From an uncultured Actinomycetota bacterium (GTDB taxonomy: Bacteria; Actinomycetota; Actinomycetes; Propionibacteriales; DAIQRJ01), in NCBI GenBank assembly GCA_963708795.1, contig CAVPUH010000006.1, positions 170,005 to 234,004 on the forward strand: a DNA stretch of 64,000 bases, read 5' to 3'. Below the pieces are notes generated by a model, which ran no database searches, was not told where the DNA came from, and saw nothing but the letters and a program-made list of their open reading frames with translations. Positions 1 to 9,498 of the stretch are shown one piece after another. The position numbers and the translations under genes were made by a program. The stretch's first letter is position 1; each line of letters starts with the position of its first letter.

Positions 1-802
1 GGATGATCAGCAGCACGGCCAGTGCCACCCGGTAGATCACGAACACCGAGATCGGGTGGTGGGCGAGAAAGCGAAGGAGCCAGGCCACCGCGGCGAACGC
101 GACCACGAATGCGACGACGACGCCGAGGATCATCGGTCCGACCCCGAGATCGCCGCCGGTCGCGTCCTTGAGCTCGTAGAGACCGGCCCCGAGAAGCGCC
201 GGGATCGACAGGAGGAACGAGATGCGGGTGGCGGCGACCCGCTCCAGATTGCGGAACAGGCCAGCGGAGATCGATGCTCCAGATCGCGAGATGCCCGGCA
301 CCAGGGCCGCGCACTGGGCGATCCCGATGATCACCGCGTCGGTGAAACTGAGCTGCTCCTCGGGCCTCGATTTCGTGCCCACCCGCTCGGCCCACACCAT
401 GACGACGCTCCAGCCGAGCAGCGCGATCGCGACCACCCAGAGGCTGCGGAGCGGGCCGCTGATCAGGTCACGCGCCAGGAAGCCGACGATGCCGACCGGG
501 ATCGAGCCCAGGCCGACCTTCCACGCCATCCGGTAGTCGTGCCCGCGGTCGGCCGGCCGGACAAGTCCGCGGAAGAAGGCCCCGATCAACCGGACCAGGT
601 CGCGCCGGAAGTAGATGATGACCGCACCGATCGCGCCCATCTGGATGACGGCCGTGTACCCGGTGACGGCCGGGTCGTCGATGGGCAGGCCGAGCAGCTT
701 CTCGGTGATCGTGAGATGGCCGGTCGAGGAGACGGGCAGGAACTCGGTCAGCCCTTCGACGACGCCGAGGACGACGGCGTCGAGCAGTGGCAGGGGCGAC
801 AC
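1..802 (-). CDS. uppP: undecaprenyl-diphosphate phosphatase UppP/BacA (3' end runs off window start)
   Basis: Own minus-strand translation from GTG 802 (alt GTG 814): VSPLPLLDAVVLGVVEGLTEFLPVSSTGHL...VPGISRSGASISAGL... The frame is open to position 1, so it is absent from the ORF track. Multi-pass membrane profile. Confidence 0.85.
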   Translation of the reverse strand, partial: MSPLPLLDAVVLGVVEGLTEFLPVSSTGHLTITEKLLGLPIDDPAVTGYTAVIQMGAIGAVIIYFRRDLVRLIGAFFRGLVRPADRGHDYRMAWKVGLGSIPVGIVGFLARDLISGPLRSLWVVAIALLGWSVVMVWAERVGTKSRPEEQLSFTDAVIIGIAQCAALVPGISRSGASISAGLFRNLERVAATRISFLLSIPALLGAGLYELKDATGGDLGVGPMILGVVVAFVVAFAAVAWLLRFLAHHPISVFVIYRVALAVLLII

Positions 803-832
803 GGTCCAGGACACCTCCGAGGCGACGTCACC

Positions 833-1903
833 TCAGGCGGATCCCCGGGCGAGCGCGCTCACGGTAGCGAGGATCGACGAACGCTCCCCCGGCGACCCGC
901 CGATCGGGGCCACCGCGAGCGTCGTCACGCCGGACTCCCGATAGCGCTCCAACCGCTCCGCGACATGCGCGCTGTCACCCAGGAGACAGGTCCGATCGAG
1001 GAAGTCCAGCGGCACTGCCGCCGCGGCCTCGCGCATCCGGCCCTGTCGGAACAGGTCACCGACGACGGCGGCCTCCTCGGCGTAGCCCAGTCGGGCAGCC
1101 TGGTCGGCATAGAAGTTGCGCCGGGGCGTCCCCATGCCGCCGAGGTACAGCGCAGCCAGCCCGCGTACCCGGTCCGCGCAGGTCGCGACGTCGTCTGCGC
1201 TGCCTGGCTCGGCCGGCACTGCGGGTACGAGCGCGACCACGTCGAACGGCCTGCCGCTGTCGTCGTCGTCCAGCGTCGACCGTCCGGTGGCGACTTCCCC
1301 GAGCGCATGGTCGAGGTCTTCCGGGCTGAGCCACACGCCGATCCACCCGTCGGCGATCTCCCCGGCGAGCCGGAGGTTCCGGTCTCCGAGCGCCGCGAGG
1401 AGGATCGGCACGGCTCCGCCCGGTCGTACCGACAGGTGCATCGGCGGATACCGATCCGTATGGGCGGGAACATCGATCCCGGGTCCGTGGACCTCGAGCG
1501 GACGACGGGCGAGAGCGGCTCGGACCGCCTCCACATACGCCCTCGTCCGGGCGAGCGGATGGTCGAACGGCACACCGTGCCAGCCGTCGGACACCTGTGG
1601 CCCGGAGATCCCGAGTCCGAGGGTGAACCGGCCGCCCGAGACCGCATCGAGGCCGGCTGTGGTCATGGCTGTCATGGCGGCGGTCCGACCCGGGATCTGG
1701 AGCGCCGCGGAGCCGATCCGCATGACCGACGTGCGCGCTGCGACCGCGGCCAGGATGCTCACGGCGTCGTAGCCGTACGCCTCACTGGTGAAACAGATCT
1801 CGATGCCGTCGGCCTCAGCCTGGACGGCCAGGTCGATCTGGTCCGGTACCGACACCTCCGGCAGATCAGGTGCCCGGAACCCGAGCATCAGTCCGATCCG
1901 CAT
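833..1903 (-). CDS. LLM-class (luciferase-like) F420-dependent oxidoreductase
   Basis: ORF 833..2335 trimmed to ATG 1903 (MRIGLMLGFRAPDLPE...). Luciferase-like TIM-barrel sequence (...GGRFTLGLGISGPQVSDGWHGVPF...). The upstream 144 codons are low-complexity. Confidence 0.8.
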   Translation of the reverse strand: MRIGLMLGFRAPDLPEVSVPDQIDLAVQAEADGIEICFTSEAYGYDAVSILAAVAARTSVMRIGSAALQIPGRTAAMTAMTTAGLDAVSGGRFTLGLGISGPQVSDGWHGVPFDHPLARTRAYVEAVRAALARRPLEVHGPGIDVPAHTDRYPPMHLSVRPGGAVPILLAALGDRNLRLAGEIADGWIGVWLSPEDLDHALGEVATGRSTLDDDDSGRPFDVVALVPAVPAEPGSADDVATCADRVRGLAALYLGGMGTPRRNFYADQAARLGYAEEAAVVGDLFRQGRMREAAAAVPLDFLDRTCLLGDSAHVAERLERYRESGVTTLAVAPIGGSPGERSSILATVSALARGSA

Positions 1904-1993
1904 CACGGTCCTCAGCGCTCCCCTCGTTGCTAGTCTGGACCGACAGTCAACGGGCTCGGCCTGCAGCGGCACCGGCCATGCGAAAGGTGGCGT

Positions 1994-3000
1994 ATGCAGC
2001 ATCGGTACGTCGGACGCACCGGGCTCCGAGTCTCCCGGCTCGGCCTGGGCACGATGGGCTGGGGGCGTGGCACCGACCAGCACGAGGCGGCCGAGCAGGT
2101 GCGCGCGTTCGTCGATGCCGGCGGCAGCCTGATCGACACGGCTGCCGGATACGCCGGCGGTGACGCCGAACGAGTCCTCGGTGTGGTCCTCGCTACGGTG
2201 TTCGGACCCGGGAGTGGTCGGCGCCGGACGCGTGACGATCTCGTCCTCGCCAGCAAGGTGGGCGTCTACCCGAGCGGCCGGGGCACGCGTCGTCGACATG
2301 TCCCGACGCGGGCTGCTGGCCCGGCTCGACGGCACCCTCGCGCATCTCGGCGTCGACCATCTCGATCTCTGGCAACTCCAGGCCTGGGGCGCACCGGTTC
2401 CGCTGGAGGAGTCGTTGTCGGCCTGCGAGCAGGCGGTGCAGAGCGGTCGGGTCCGCTACGTCGGGGTGGCACACCACACCGGCTGGCAGACCGCCTGGGC
2501 GGCGGCGGAGTTCGCGCGCGGACCCGCCGGCCCGATGGCCAGCGCGCAGGCCGAGTACTCGCTCGTCGTCCGGGACGCCGAGCAGGAGTTGCTGCCGGCG
2601 GCGGCGGCGCTGGGACTGGGCTTCTTCCCGGCCGCGCCGCTCGGGACGCGGGGTGCTGACCGGCAAGTACCGCCACAGCGACCGGAGGGGGCGATCCGGC
2701 CCGGCTGACGACGACGCGGCGCTCGCCCTGGCGGACTACCTGTCCCCACGCCGGCGCGGTGTCGTGGACGCCGTCTGCCGGGCCGCTGACGGGCTCGATC
2801 TGACCGCGGCCCAGGTCGCACTGGCCTGGGTGCGCGACCGGCCCGGCGTGACCGCGCCGATCGTGGGCGCACGGAGCGCAGCGCAACTGCGCGGGTCACT
2901 CGCCGCCGAGGGGGTGTCGCTGCCGTCGGAGATCATCAAGGCACTGGACGAGGTCAGCACCGTGGATCGGATCGAGGAACCGGAGAGGATCGGTACGTGA
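1994..3000 (+). pseudogene. aldo/keto reductase, reading frame interrupted twice (+1 at GGGG 2280-2283 and GGG 2643-2645)
   Basis: Three consecutive track ORFs (1994.., 2160.., 2653..) in frames 2,0,1 carry N-terminal, middle and C-terminal AKR sequence (MQHRYVGRTGLRVSRLGLGTMGWG / LDGTLAHLGVDHLDLWQLQAW / VLTGKYR...AQVALAWV). Deleting one G at 2643-2645 restores PLGRGVLTGKY. Confidence 0.85.
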
Positions 3001-3230
3001 GCAGAGCGAGAACCGGGTTGCCGGCAGGTGTGCAGTTCGAACTGCAGAACGTGGACATCCCGCGCGGGTTGTCCCGCAATGCGGTGCGACGCATGCTCAC
3101 CGATCAGGCCGAGTACGGCGGGTGGGAGCTGGCGCGGACCCGGATCTTCCGGGACGGCCGCCACACGGTGACGCTGCGCCGCAAGATCATCAAGGCCAAT
3201 CGCAGCGACGTGATGGTGCTCCAGACCTGA
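2997..3230 (+). CDS. small conserved actinobacterial protein (DUF5703-like)
   Basis: 77-aa ORF whose GTG overlaps the AKR stop (GTGA). Sequence ...RGLSRNAVRRMLTDQAEYGGWELARTRIFRDGRHTVTLRRKIIK resembles the DUF5703 family as I recall it. Confidence 0.6.
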   Translation: MSRARTGLPAGVQFELQNVDIPRGLSRNAVRRMLTDQAEYGGWELARTRIFRDGRHTVTLRRKIIKANRSDVMVLQT

Positions 3231-3382
3231 CCCGGCCGCCGCAGCGCGGTGGCCGGCGTGACCGGCGGCCCCCCAGAGTGGTCGCAACACCCGCAACGTC
3301 GGCGGGTCGCGCGACGACACGCCCACGTCGGCTTCGGTTGGGCCGGGGCCGAGGCCGGGGGCCTCTGGACGACGACCAGCGC

Positions 3383-4700
3383 TCAGATCCGGTCGAGGAG
3401 CCCGTCGAGGACGCGCGTGCCGAACTGCAGCGCGTCGGTCGGCACCCGCTCGTCGATCCCGTGGAACATCGCCGAGAAGTCCAGGTCGTCCCGCAGCCGA
3501 AGCGGCGCGAACCCGAAGCAGCGGATGCCCAGATCGCCCCAGGCCTTTCCGTCCGTTCCGCCCGACATCAGGTACGGGATCACCGGAGCGCCCGGGTCTT
3601 CGGCCTGCAGGCTCGCGACCATGGCATCGACCAGGCTGCCGTCGAAGCTGGTCGACACCGCGTCGTCACCGTGGATGACCTCGAGCTCGACCTTGTCTCC
3701 CAGCAACGAATCGACGGTCGCGAAGAAGTCGTCGCGGCCACCGGGCACGTAGCGGCCGTCGATCACCGCCGTCGCCTCCCCCGGGATGACGTTCTCCTTG
3801 TACCCGGCGGCCAGGCGGGTCGGATTCGTGGTGTTGCGGAGGCTCGCAGCGATCATCCGGGAGATCGCGCCGAGCTTGCCGAGGACGGGTGCGAGATCGT
3901 CCGCATCGGGATCGAGGTCGAGGTTCAGCGCGTCCGACAGCCCGCCCAGGAACGCCGCGTGCGCTGGGTGTCAACTGGAGCGGCCACTCGTGAGCACCGA
4001 CACGGGCGACCGCGCGCGCGAGTTCGGTGACGGCGTTGTCGTCGTTGAGCATGGAACCGTGGCCGGCGCGACCCTTGGCCCGCAGGCGCATCCACGCCAG
4101 GCCCTTCTCGGCCGTCTGGACCAGGTAGATCCGGCGACCCTCGACCGTGATCGAGAAGCCGCCCACCTCACCGATGGCCTCGGTGCAGCCCTCGAGTGCG
4201 TCCCGATGGTGATCGACCAGCCAGTGCGCACCGTGCGTGCTACCGGCCTCCTCGTCGGCGGTGAACGCGAGCACGACCGGCCGGTCGGGCAGACGGTTCT
4301 CCCGGGCCCGTTGCCGGATCACCGCGAGCAGGACGGCGTCGAAGTCCTTCATGTCGACGGCCCCGCGTCCCCAGACGCAGCCGTCCGCCACCTCGCCCGA
4401 GAACGGATCGACCTGCCAGTCCGCCGCGTTCGCCGGGACGACGTCGAGGTGGCCGTGCAGCAGCAACGGCGGCTTCGTGCCGTCCGCCGGTCCGAAGGTG
4501 GCGAGCACGTTCGCCCGGCCGGGCTGGGATTCGACCAACTCGGCGGCGATCCCGACCTCGGCCAGGCTCGCCGCGACGTACTCCGCGGCCACCCGCTCCC
4601 CTGGCCCGGAATCGTCGCCGTAGTTCGAGGTGTCGATCCGGATCAGGTCGGACGCGATCCCCACGACCTCGTCGTGAGCGGTGCCGGCGCGGTCGGTCAT
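3383..4700 (-). pseudogene. M20 family dipeptidase/metallopeptidase, one +1 frame interruption near 3966-3968
   Basis: ORF 3666..4700 holds the N-terminus and catalytic domain (HGHLDVVPA, GRGAVDMKD, FTADEEAGS). ORF 3383..3856 holds the C-terminus (MSGGTDGK, FHGIDERV). The frames join at ...HEWPLQLTP/AHAAFLGGLSDAL if one base of the run is removed. Confidence 0.85.
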
Positions 4701-4743
4701 GGGACCCCTTCTCTGAAGTGGCAGGTCGGCGAGTGCTCGGGCG

Positions 4744-5805
4744 TCAGTCGAGCCGGAGCTCGCGCCCGGCCTCGGCCGACTCGTACACGCCGCGAAGGAT
4801 CTTCATCAGCGCGACGCCGTGCTCGACCGGGGCGTTCGGCTCCGCCTCGCCGTGGCACAGGGCGACGAAGTGGTCGATCTCGGCCTGGAAGCCCTCGTCC
4901 ATCGTGAACGTCGAGCTGTCCAGCTGGGGCACCATGTTGAGCATCGTGTCGTGCTGCTCGGACACCAGCAGGAGCGACGGCTCCAGCTCGGCGCCACCCT
5001 TCCCGCCGAACACCGCGACCGACAGCGTGTCCTGGGCGGCGTGCAGCGAGAACGCGACGTCCACGAGCAACGACGCGCCGTTCTCGAACCGGATCACGGC
5101 GTTCGCCATGTCCTCGACGGTGTTCTGCGTCGGGTCGTAGTCCGACACCTGGTACCGCGACTTGCCCACGACGTTCGCCCGGTTGCCGAGGTAGTGGTAG
5201 CTGTTCCCACTGACCGACACCGGCTTCGGCGACCCCATCAGGTACCAGGCGAGGTCGATGACGTGCACGCCGATGTCGATCAGCGGCCCGCCGCCGGAAC
5301 GCTCGACGTCGGCGAACCAGCCGCCTGGATTGCCCATCCGGCGGATCGAGCTGGCCTTCGAGTAGTAGATGTCACCCAGGTCGCCGGAGTCGACGAACTT
5401 CTTCAGGATCTGCGTGTTGAGCCCGTATCGTCGGACGTAGCCCACCTCGAGCACGCGGCCGGTCGCGCCGACCGCCTTCTGCACCTCGAGTGCCTCGGCC
5501 ACCGTGCGGCTCAACGGCTTCTCGCAGAGCACGTCCTTGCCGGCGTTGAGGGCATCGATCGAGATCACGGCGTGGCTGTTGTTCCACGTGCACACACTGA
5601 TCGCGTCGAGACCGTCCATCGCCAACAGGTCGTGGTGGTTGTCGAAGGTGTTGGGGACGCCGTACGCCGCCGCCATGCTCTGGGCACGCTCGAGCTTGAG
5701 GTCGGCCACGCCGACGATCTCGACGTCAGGGTTCTTGGCGTAGGACTGGACGTGGAACTGGGCGATGCTTCCGGCCCCCACGAGGCCGACTCTCAACGTG
5801 CTCAC
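4744..5805 (-). CDS. Gfo/Idh/MocA family NAD(P)-dependent oxidoreductase
   Basis: 353-aa ORF with Rossmann N-terminus MSTLRVGLVGAGSIAQFH and the EKP motif (VLCEKPLS). Confidence 0.85.
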   Translation of the reverse strand: MSTLRVGLVGAGSIAQFHVQSYAKNPDVEIVGVADLKLERAQSMAAAYGVPNTFDNHHDLLAMDGLDAISVCTWNNSHAVISIDALNAGKDVLCEKPLSRTVAEALEVQKAVGATGRVLEVGYVRRYGLNTQILKKFVDSGDLGDIYYSKASSIRRMGNPGGWFADVERSGGGPLIDIGVHVIDLAWYLMGSPKPVSVSGNSYHYLGNRANVVGKSRYQVSDYDPTQNTVEDMANAVIRFENGASLLVDVAFSLHAAQDTLSVAVFGGKGGAELEPSLLLVSEQHDTMLNMVPQLDSSTFTMDEGFQAEIDHFVALCHGEAEPNAPVEHGVALMKILRGVYESAEAGRELRLD

Positions 5806-5823
5806 GACAGATACTCCCGATGC

Positions 5824-6708
5824 TCAGACGCTGGACAGGATGCGGTTGATGTTGGCGGCCGACTTCGCCGCACCGAGAGCCGAGTCCTCCAGGCCCTCGA
5901 ACTCGATCGACAGGAATCCGTCGAAGTCCGAGGCCTTGATGGCCGCGAGGATGCGAGGGATGTTCAGGTCTCCGTGGCCGACGATCGACCCGAGGATGTG
6001 GTGCCCGCCGGGGGTGGCGAGCCAGCCGTCGCCGGGGACGAAATCGCGGATGAAGAAGTCCTTGAGCTGGACGACCGAGGCGTAGGGCAGGTTCTGGATG
6101 GTCGCGGCGTAGGGGTCCTCGTCGACGCACATGAAGTTGCCGATGTCGAGGGTGGTCTTGAAGTTCGGCTCGTCGACGAGATACATCAGCCGGCGTACCC
6201 GCTCCGACCCGTTCATGAACATGCCGTGGTTCTCGACGCTCGTCGTGATGCCGTACTGCGCCGCGTACTGGGCGATCTCCTTGCTCGCCGCGGCGAGAAT
6301 CGGCAGGCAGGCTTCGAATTCGGCCTGATCCTTCGCGATCTTGGCCCACGGGGCCACGTCGTGGCGCAAGAACGCGATGCCCAGATCGTGGCAGACGTCG
6401 AGATGCCGTTTCACGCGGTCGATCATCGCGGTGTACGCATCGGGATCGAGGTCGAGGAACTGAGACCCGATGCACATGCCGGAGAGCGTCACGCCCTTCT
6501 CCGCCGCGCGCTGCTTGATGGCGGCGACGAGTTCGGGCTGGCTGTCGAGGGTGGAGTTGTCACCCTGCATGTCGGTCGCCAGCGCGACTGTGGCGATCTC
6601 CATGTGCGTGCCCTCGCTCTGCGCGATCCAGTCGATCACGTCGAGCATGCTCATGGTGCCGTTGCCCAGCTCGCGCTGGAAACACCAGGTGCTGAAACCG
6701 AGCTGCAT
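5824..6708 (-). CDS. sugar phosphate isomerase/epimerase (xylose isomerase-like TIM barrel)
   Basis: ORF 5824..7209 trimmed to ATG 6708 (MQLGFSTWCF...), preceded by GGAGGA. Sequence (...ITTSVENHGMF...LDIGNF...) looks like a sugar phosphate isomerase/epimerase (xylose isomerase-like TIM barrel) protein. Confidence 0.8.
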   Translation of the reverse strand: MQLGFSTWCFQRELGNGTMSMLDVIDWIAQSEGTHMEIATVALATDMQGDNSTLDSQPELVAAIKQRAAEKGVTLSGMCIGSQFLDLDPDAYTAMIDRVKRHLDVCHDLGIAFLRHDVAPWAKIAKDQAEFEACLPILAAASKEIAQYAAQYGITTSVENHGMFMNGSERVRRLMYLVDEPNFKTTLDIGNFMCVDEDPYAATIQNLPYASVVQLKDFFIRDFVPGDGWLATPGGHHILGSIVGHGDLNIPRILAAIKASDFDGFLSIEFEGLEDSALGAAKSAANINRILSSV

Positions 6709-6842
6709 ACGAGTTCCTCCGGGGTGTCGGTGATGCCGCGATCGATCGGCGGGGGCCGTGTCCGCGCATGGCGACCGACCCCGCACCGACAGACTAAGGG
6801 GTCCCGCGCTGTGGTCGTCGATCGCCCGATGCGCTGTCCGTG

Positions 6843-6860
6843 ATATCAGCATCCTGATAT
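6843..6860. promoter_or_regulatory. AT-rich 7-4-7 palindrome ATATCAG-CATC-CTGATAT, candidate operator
   Basis: Perfect inverted arms in the 179-bp gap between the MFS gene and the isomerase gene. It stands out as an AT-rich spot in GC-rich DNA. Confidence 0.3.
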
Positions 6861-6887
6861 TCGACCGCCGGTGGCGAACCACGGTCG

Positions 6888-8192
6888 TCAGCTGGCCGGA
6901 ACGTCGACCCTCGGGCGGTTGCGCTCGCTCGCGGCCGCCCACAGCCGCTGGCTGCCGAACGCGATTGAGGCCGAGACGGCGACCGCGATCGCAGCGCCCG
7001 CGAAGGACCACGACAGACCGTGGAAGTCGATGAGGATCCCGGCGATCGCCGTGCCGGCGGCCGCGCCGCTCGTGTTCGACGCCGTGAGGAACGACTGGGC
7101 CTCGTTCATGCGGTCCGGTGGCGAGAGGAGGTCGAGGAGGTTCTGCTGCATGATCAGCGTCGGGGCGATGGTGAGCCCGGTCAGGAAGAGCAGCGGCAGG
7201 AGCAGCCACAGTGGCCGACTCTGCGACACCATCAGCAGCGCCATGGCGCCGAGGAGGACCGCGAACGCCGCGAGGAACCGTGGAACCCGGCGGCGCTCGT
7301 TCCCCGGCCAGTGCCGGGCACCGTAGAGCAGGCCGCCGATCGCGCTCCCGCCGGCGATCGACGCGAACAGGATCCCGACCTTCTGCGTGCCGCCGAGCAC
7401 CTCACCCGCGGTCGCGGCCATCGACGTGTCGAGCTGGCCGAACCCGATGCTCATCACCAACATGACCGCGAGCACCGAGAACACCCCAGGCGCGGTGATC
7501 GCGGAGCGCCGGCCGTGGTGCACGTCGCCGACCTCGGTGTGGCGGGGGGCCGATGTCCAGGTGCGAGCGGCCGCGGTCGAGCAATAGGCGAGCCCGCCGC
7601 CGGCCATGAGCAGTGCGGTGACCAGCAGCGGGACCACCGGCGGTGTCACGGCCAACAGCAGGGACAGCAGGAGCGGGCCGCCCACGAACACGAATTCGAC
7701 CGACGTGGCGTCCAACGCGTAACCGACGCGTCTGGACCCGGGGTCGGTGAAGATCACCCGCCAGGCCGCACGCATCGCCGGGCTGATCGGCGGGAACGTC
7801 AGGCCGGCAACGGTCGCCAGGACCACCAGGACCTCATCGCCGGCTCCGGCCACCGCGGAAATCGCCAGGGCCGAGAGCACGGACGCGCTCACGAGCGACG
7901 TCGGCACGAGGATGCGGGGCTGACCGTGACGATCCATCAACCGGCCCCACATCGGCGACCCGGCCGCGGTGCCGAGCGCGTACGCCCCGGTCACGAACCC
8001 GGCGATGCCGTAGGCGCCACGGATGTGCTGGATGAGCAGGATCATCCCGATCGGGGCCATCGAGATCGGCAGCCTCGCGACGACCGCAGCGAAGAAGGGC
8101 CGGGCAGCCGGTCCGTAGCGCAACAGCCGCACGTATGCGGAGAGGCCGGACCCGACCTCGACCTGTGTCACCACAACTCCCGCGCCGTTCAC
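6888..8192 (-). CDS. MFS transporter
   Basis: 434-aa ORF, hydrophobic throughout and about 12 TM-like segments. Start is GTG 8192. Same strand as the isomerase/oxidoreductase genes downstream. Confidence 0.8.
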   Translation of the reverse strand: MNGAGVVVTQVEVGSGLSAYVRLLRYGPAARPFFAAVVARLPISMAPIGMILLIQHIRGAYGIAGFVTGAYALGTAAGSPMWGRLMDRHGQPRILVPTSLVSASVLSALAISAVAGAGDEVLVVLATVAGLTFPPISPAMRAAWRVIFTDPGSRRVGYALDATSVEFVFVGGPLLLSLLLAVTPPVVPLLVTALLMAGGGLAYCSTAAARTWTSAPRHTEVGDVHHGRRSAITAPGVFSVLAVMLVMSIGFGQLDTSMAATAGEVLGGTQKVGILFASIAGGSAIGGLLYGARHWPGNERRRVPRFLAAFAVLLGAMALLMVSQSRPLWLLLPLLFLTGLTIAPTLIMQQNLLDLLSPPDRMNEAQSFLTASNTSGAAAGTAIAGILIDFHGLSWSFAGAAIAVAVSASIAFGSQRLWAAASERNRPRVDVPAS

Positions 8193-8366
8193 GACTTCCC
8201 CGGCCTGGATCGTTTCACGGGGATTGCCAGACTGTCACAACTGTCCATGCCGTCGCCAACGGCCGCTGCGCCATCCGCACCGGCGGCGCCGTCGACCCCG
8301 CGCTGCACCACTGTACGGACGTGTCCGGACGACCGGTCGGCATTTGCTAGAGTTCCGTCCGCACTC

Positions 8367-8452
8367 GTCCGGGTGGCGGAAATGGCAGACGCGCTAGCTT
8401 GAGGTGCTAGTGCCCTTTATCGGGCGTGAGGGTTCAAGTCCCTTCCTGGACA
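8367..8452 (+). tRNA. tRNA-Leu (anticodon GAG)
   Basis: Hand-folded cloverleaf: acceptor GTCCGGG/CCTGGAC, anticodon stem CTAGC/GCTAG with loop TTGAGGT, long variable arm GCCC..GGGC, T-arm GAGGG-TTCAAGT-CCCTT. CCA is encoded at 8453-8455. Confidence 0.9.
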
Positions 8453-8638
8453 CCACGAAAGATCCTTCGACTCGTACCACGGGCCCGATCTGCGGCTCCT
8501 GACTCCCATGAGAAGCCACGGCGCGAGCCGTCCCGTCCAGACGTCGCTGCAGGCATCGCGGCCGAAACCTCGCGTCGAGGCCCCCGCTCGGGGCACTATG
8601 GACCGTGCGGAGTCGCGAGTGGAGAGGCCGGTGTCGCC

Positions 8639-8926
8639 ATGACGGTCGAGAAGCGTGGACCGGCCCTCGTCGACTGGTTGCTCGAGCAGATCGCGGCCGA
8701 CGAGGCCGCAGCCGTCGCGGACCAGGTGCACATGCTGGATTGTGAGGCACGTCGGCGCATGATCGGTGAGTACCGCGACTGCGCAGCCGATGTGGACCTC
8801 GCCCGGGCCAACGACTCGGTGTCGGTCGCTCAGCAACGAGTCCTCAGCTCGATGACAGCGTCTCTGCGCGAACTGGCGGAGTCGTTCGCTGGCCGCGCCG
8901 GGTACGTCGACAGCTGGCGGCGCTGA
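8639..8926 (+). CDS. hypothetical protein (DUF6221-like)
   Basis: ORF 8426..8926 trimmed to ATG 8639 after GGAGAGG. MTVEKRGPALVDWLLEQIAADEAAA...CEARRRMIGEY resembles the DUF6221 pattern, from memory only. Confidence 0.5.
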   Translation: MTVEKRGPALVDWLLEQIAADEAAAVADQVHMLDCEARRRMIGEYRDCAADVDLARANDSVSVAQQRVLSSMTASLRELAESFAGRAGYVDSWRR

Positions 8927-8947
8927 GACTGCGCCTGAGGGACGACC

Positions 8948-9448
8948 TCAAAGCCGTTCGACAGTGGCCTGGTCCTCAATGCCTCCGAAGTAGCGGTCGA
9001 GCACGGCCTCGAACACCGGCTCACCGGCCGACGCCCGGGCGAACAACGTCATCGAGGACTGCAGCTTCTGGGCGTCGACCGCGCCGAACACGTCGATTGC
9101 CGAGCGTCCGGTCGCGTCCGTGAGGAGCGTCGCGCACTCGAGGAGTCGTGGTCCCAGCACCGGGTGCTCCAGGTACGCCGCGGCCTCCTGGAGTGACGCG
9201 AGTGCATACCTGCGTGACATGGCGCTGCTGCCGAGTCCGGCGATCTGCGGGAACACGAACCACATCCAGTGACTCGTCTTCTGCCCGGCCCGGAGTTCGG
9301 CGACTGCTCGCGGGTACGTCCCACCCGCGTCCTGCGCCGTTACGAAGCGATCGAGGTTCCAGCGGTCGGTCACGTCAGCCTTCTCGCGTGTGAGGCGATC
9401 GCCGTCCGCCGGCGATCGGGAGTCGTCATCCGGCGATCGTGCCATCAC
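8948..9448 (-). CDS. DUF1810 domain-containing protein
   Basis: ...LDRFVTAQDAGGTYPRAVAELRAGQKTSHWMWFVFPQIAGLGSS... is the signature region of DUF1810. The true start may lie downstream of 9448. Confidence 0.75.
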   Translation of the reverse strand: MMARSPDDDSRSPADGDRLTREKADVTDRWNLDRFVTAQDAGGTYPRAVAELRAGQKTSHWMWFVFPQIAGLGSSAMSRRYALASLQEAAAYLEHPVLGPRLLECATLLTDATGRSAIDVFGAVDAQKLQSSMTLFARASAGEPVFEAVLDRYFGGIEDQATVERL

Positions 9449-9498
9449 GCTCGGTAGCGCGGCGCGGACGCTCGTCGTCGACGGCCTAGCATCGGGGC

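Noticed and set aside
56-1933. 625-aa plus-strand ORF, the longest ORF at the left edge
   Set aside because: The translation is Arg/Asp/Pro/Gly-rich low complexity with no motif. It is antisense to two well-supported genes (uppP and the LLM oxidoreductase). This is a typical GC-rich antisense open frame.
4819-6843. 674-aa plus-strand ORF
   Set aside because: It is antisense to the Gfo/Idh/MocA and sugar isomerase genes, and its composition is R/D/V/G-rich and motif-free. The same reasoning applies to 21286..23136 (antisense to the ABC exporter), 35731..37569 (antisense to glpD), 27742..28530, 28570..29604 and 43474..44289.
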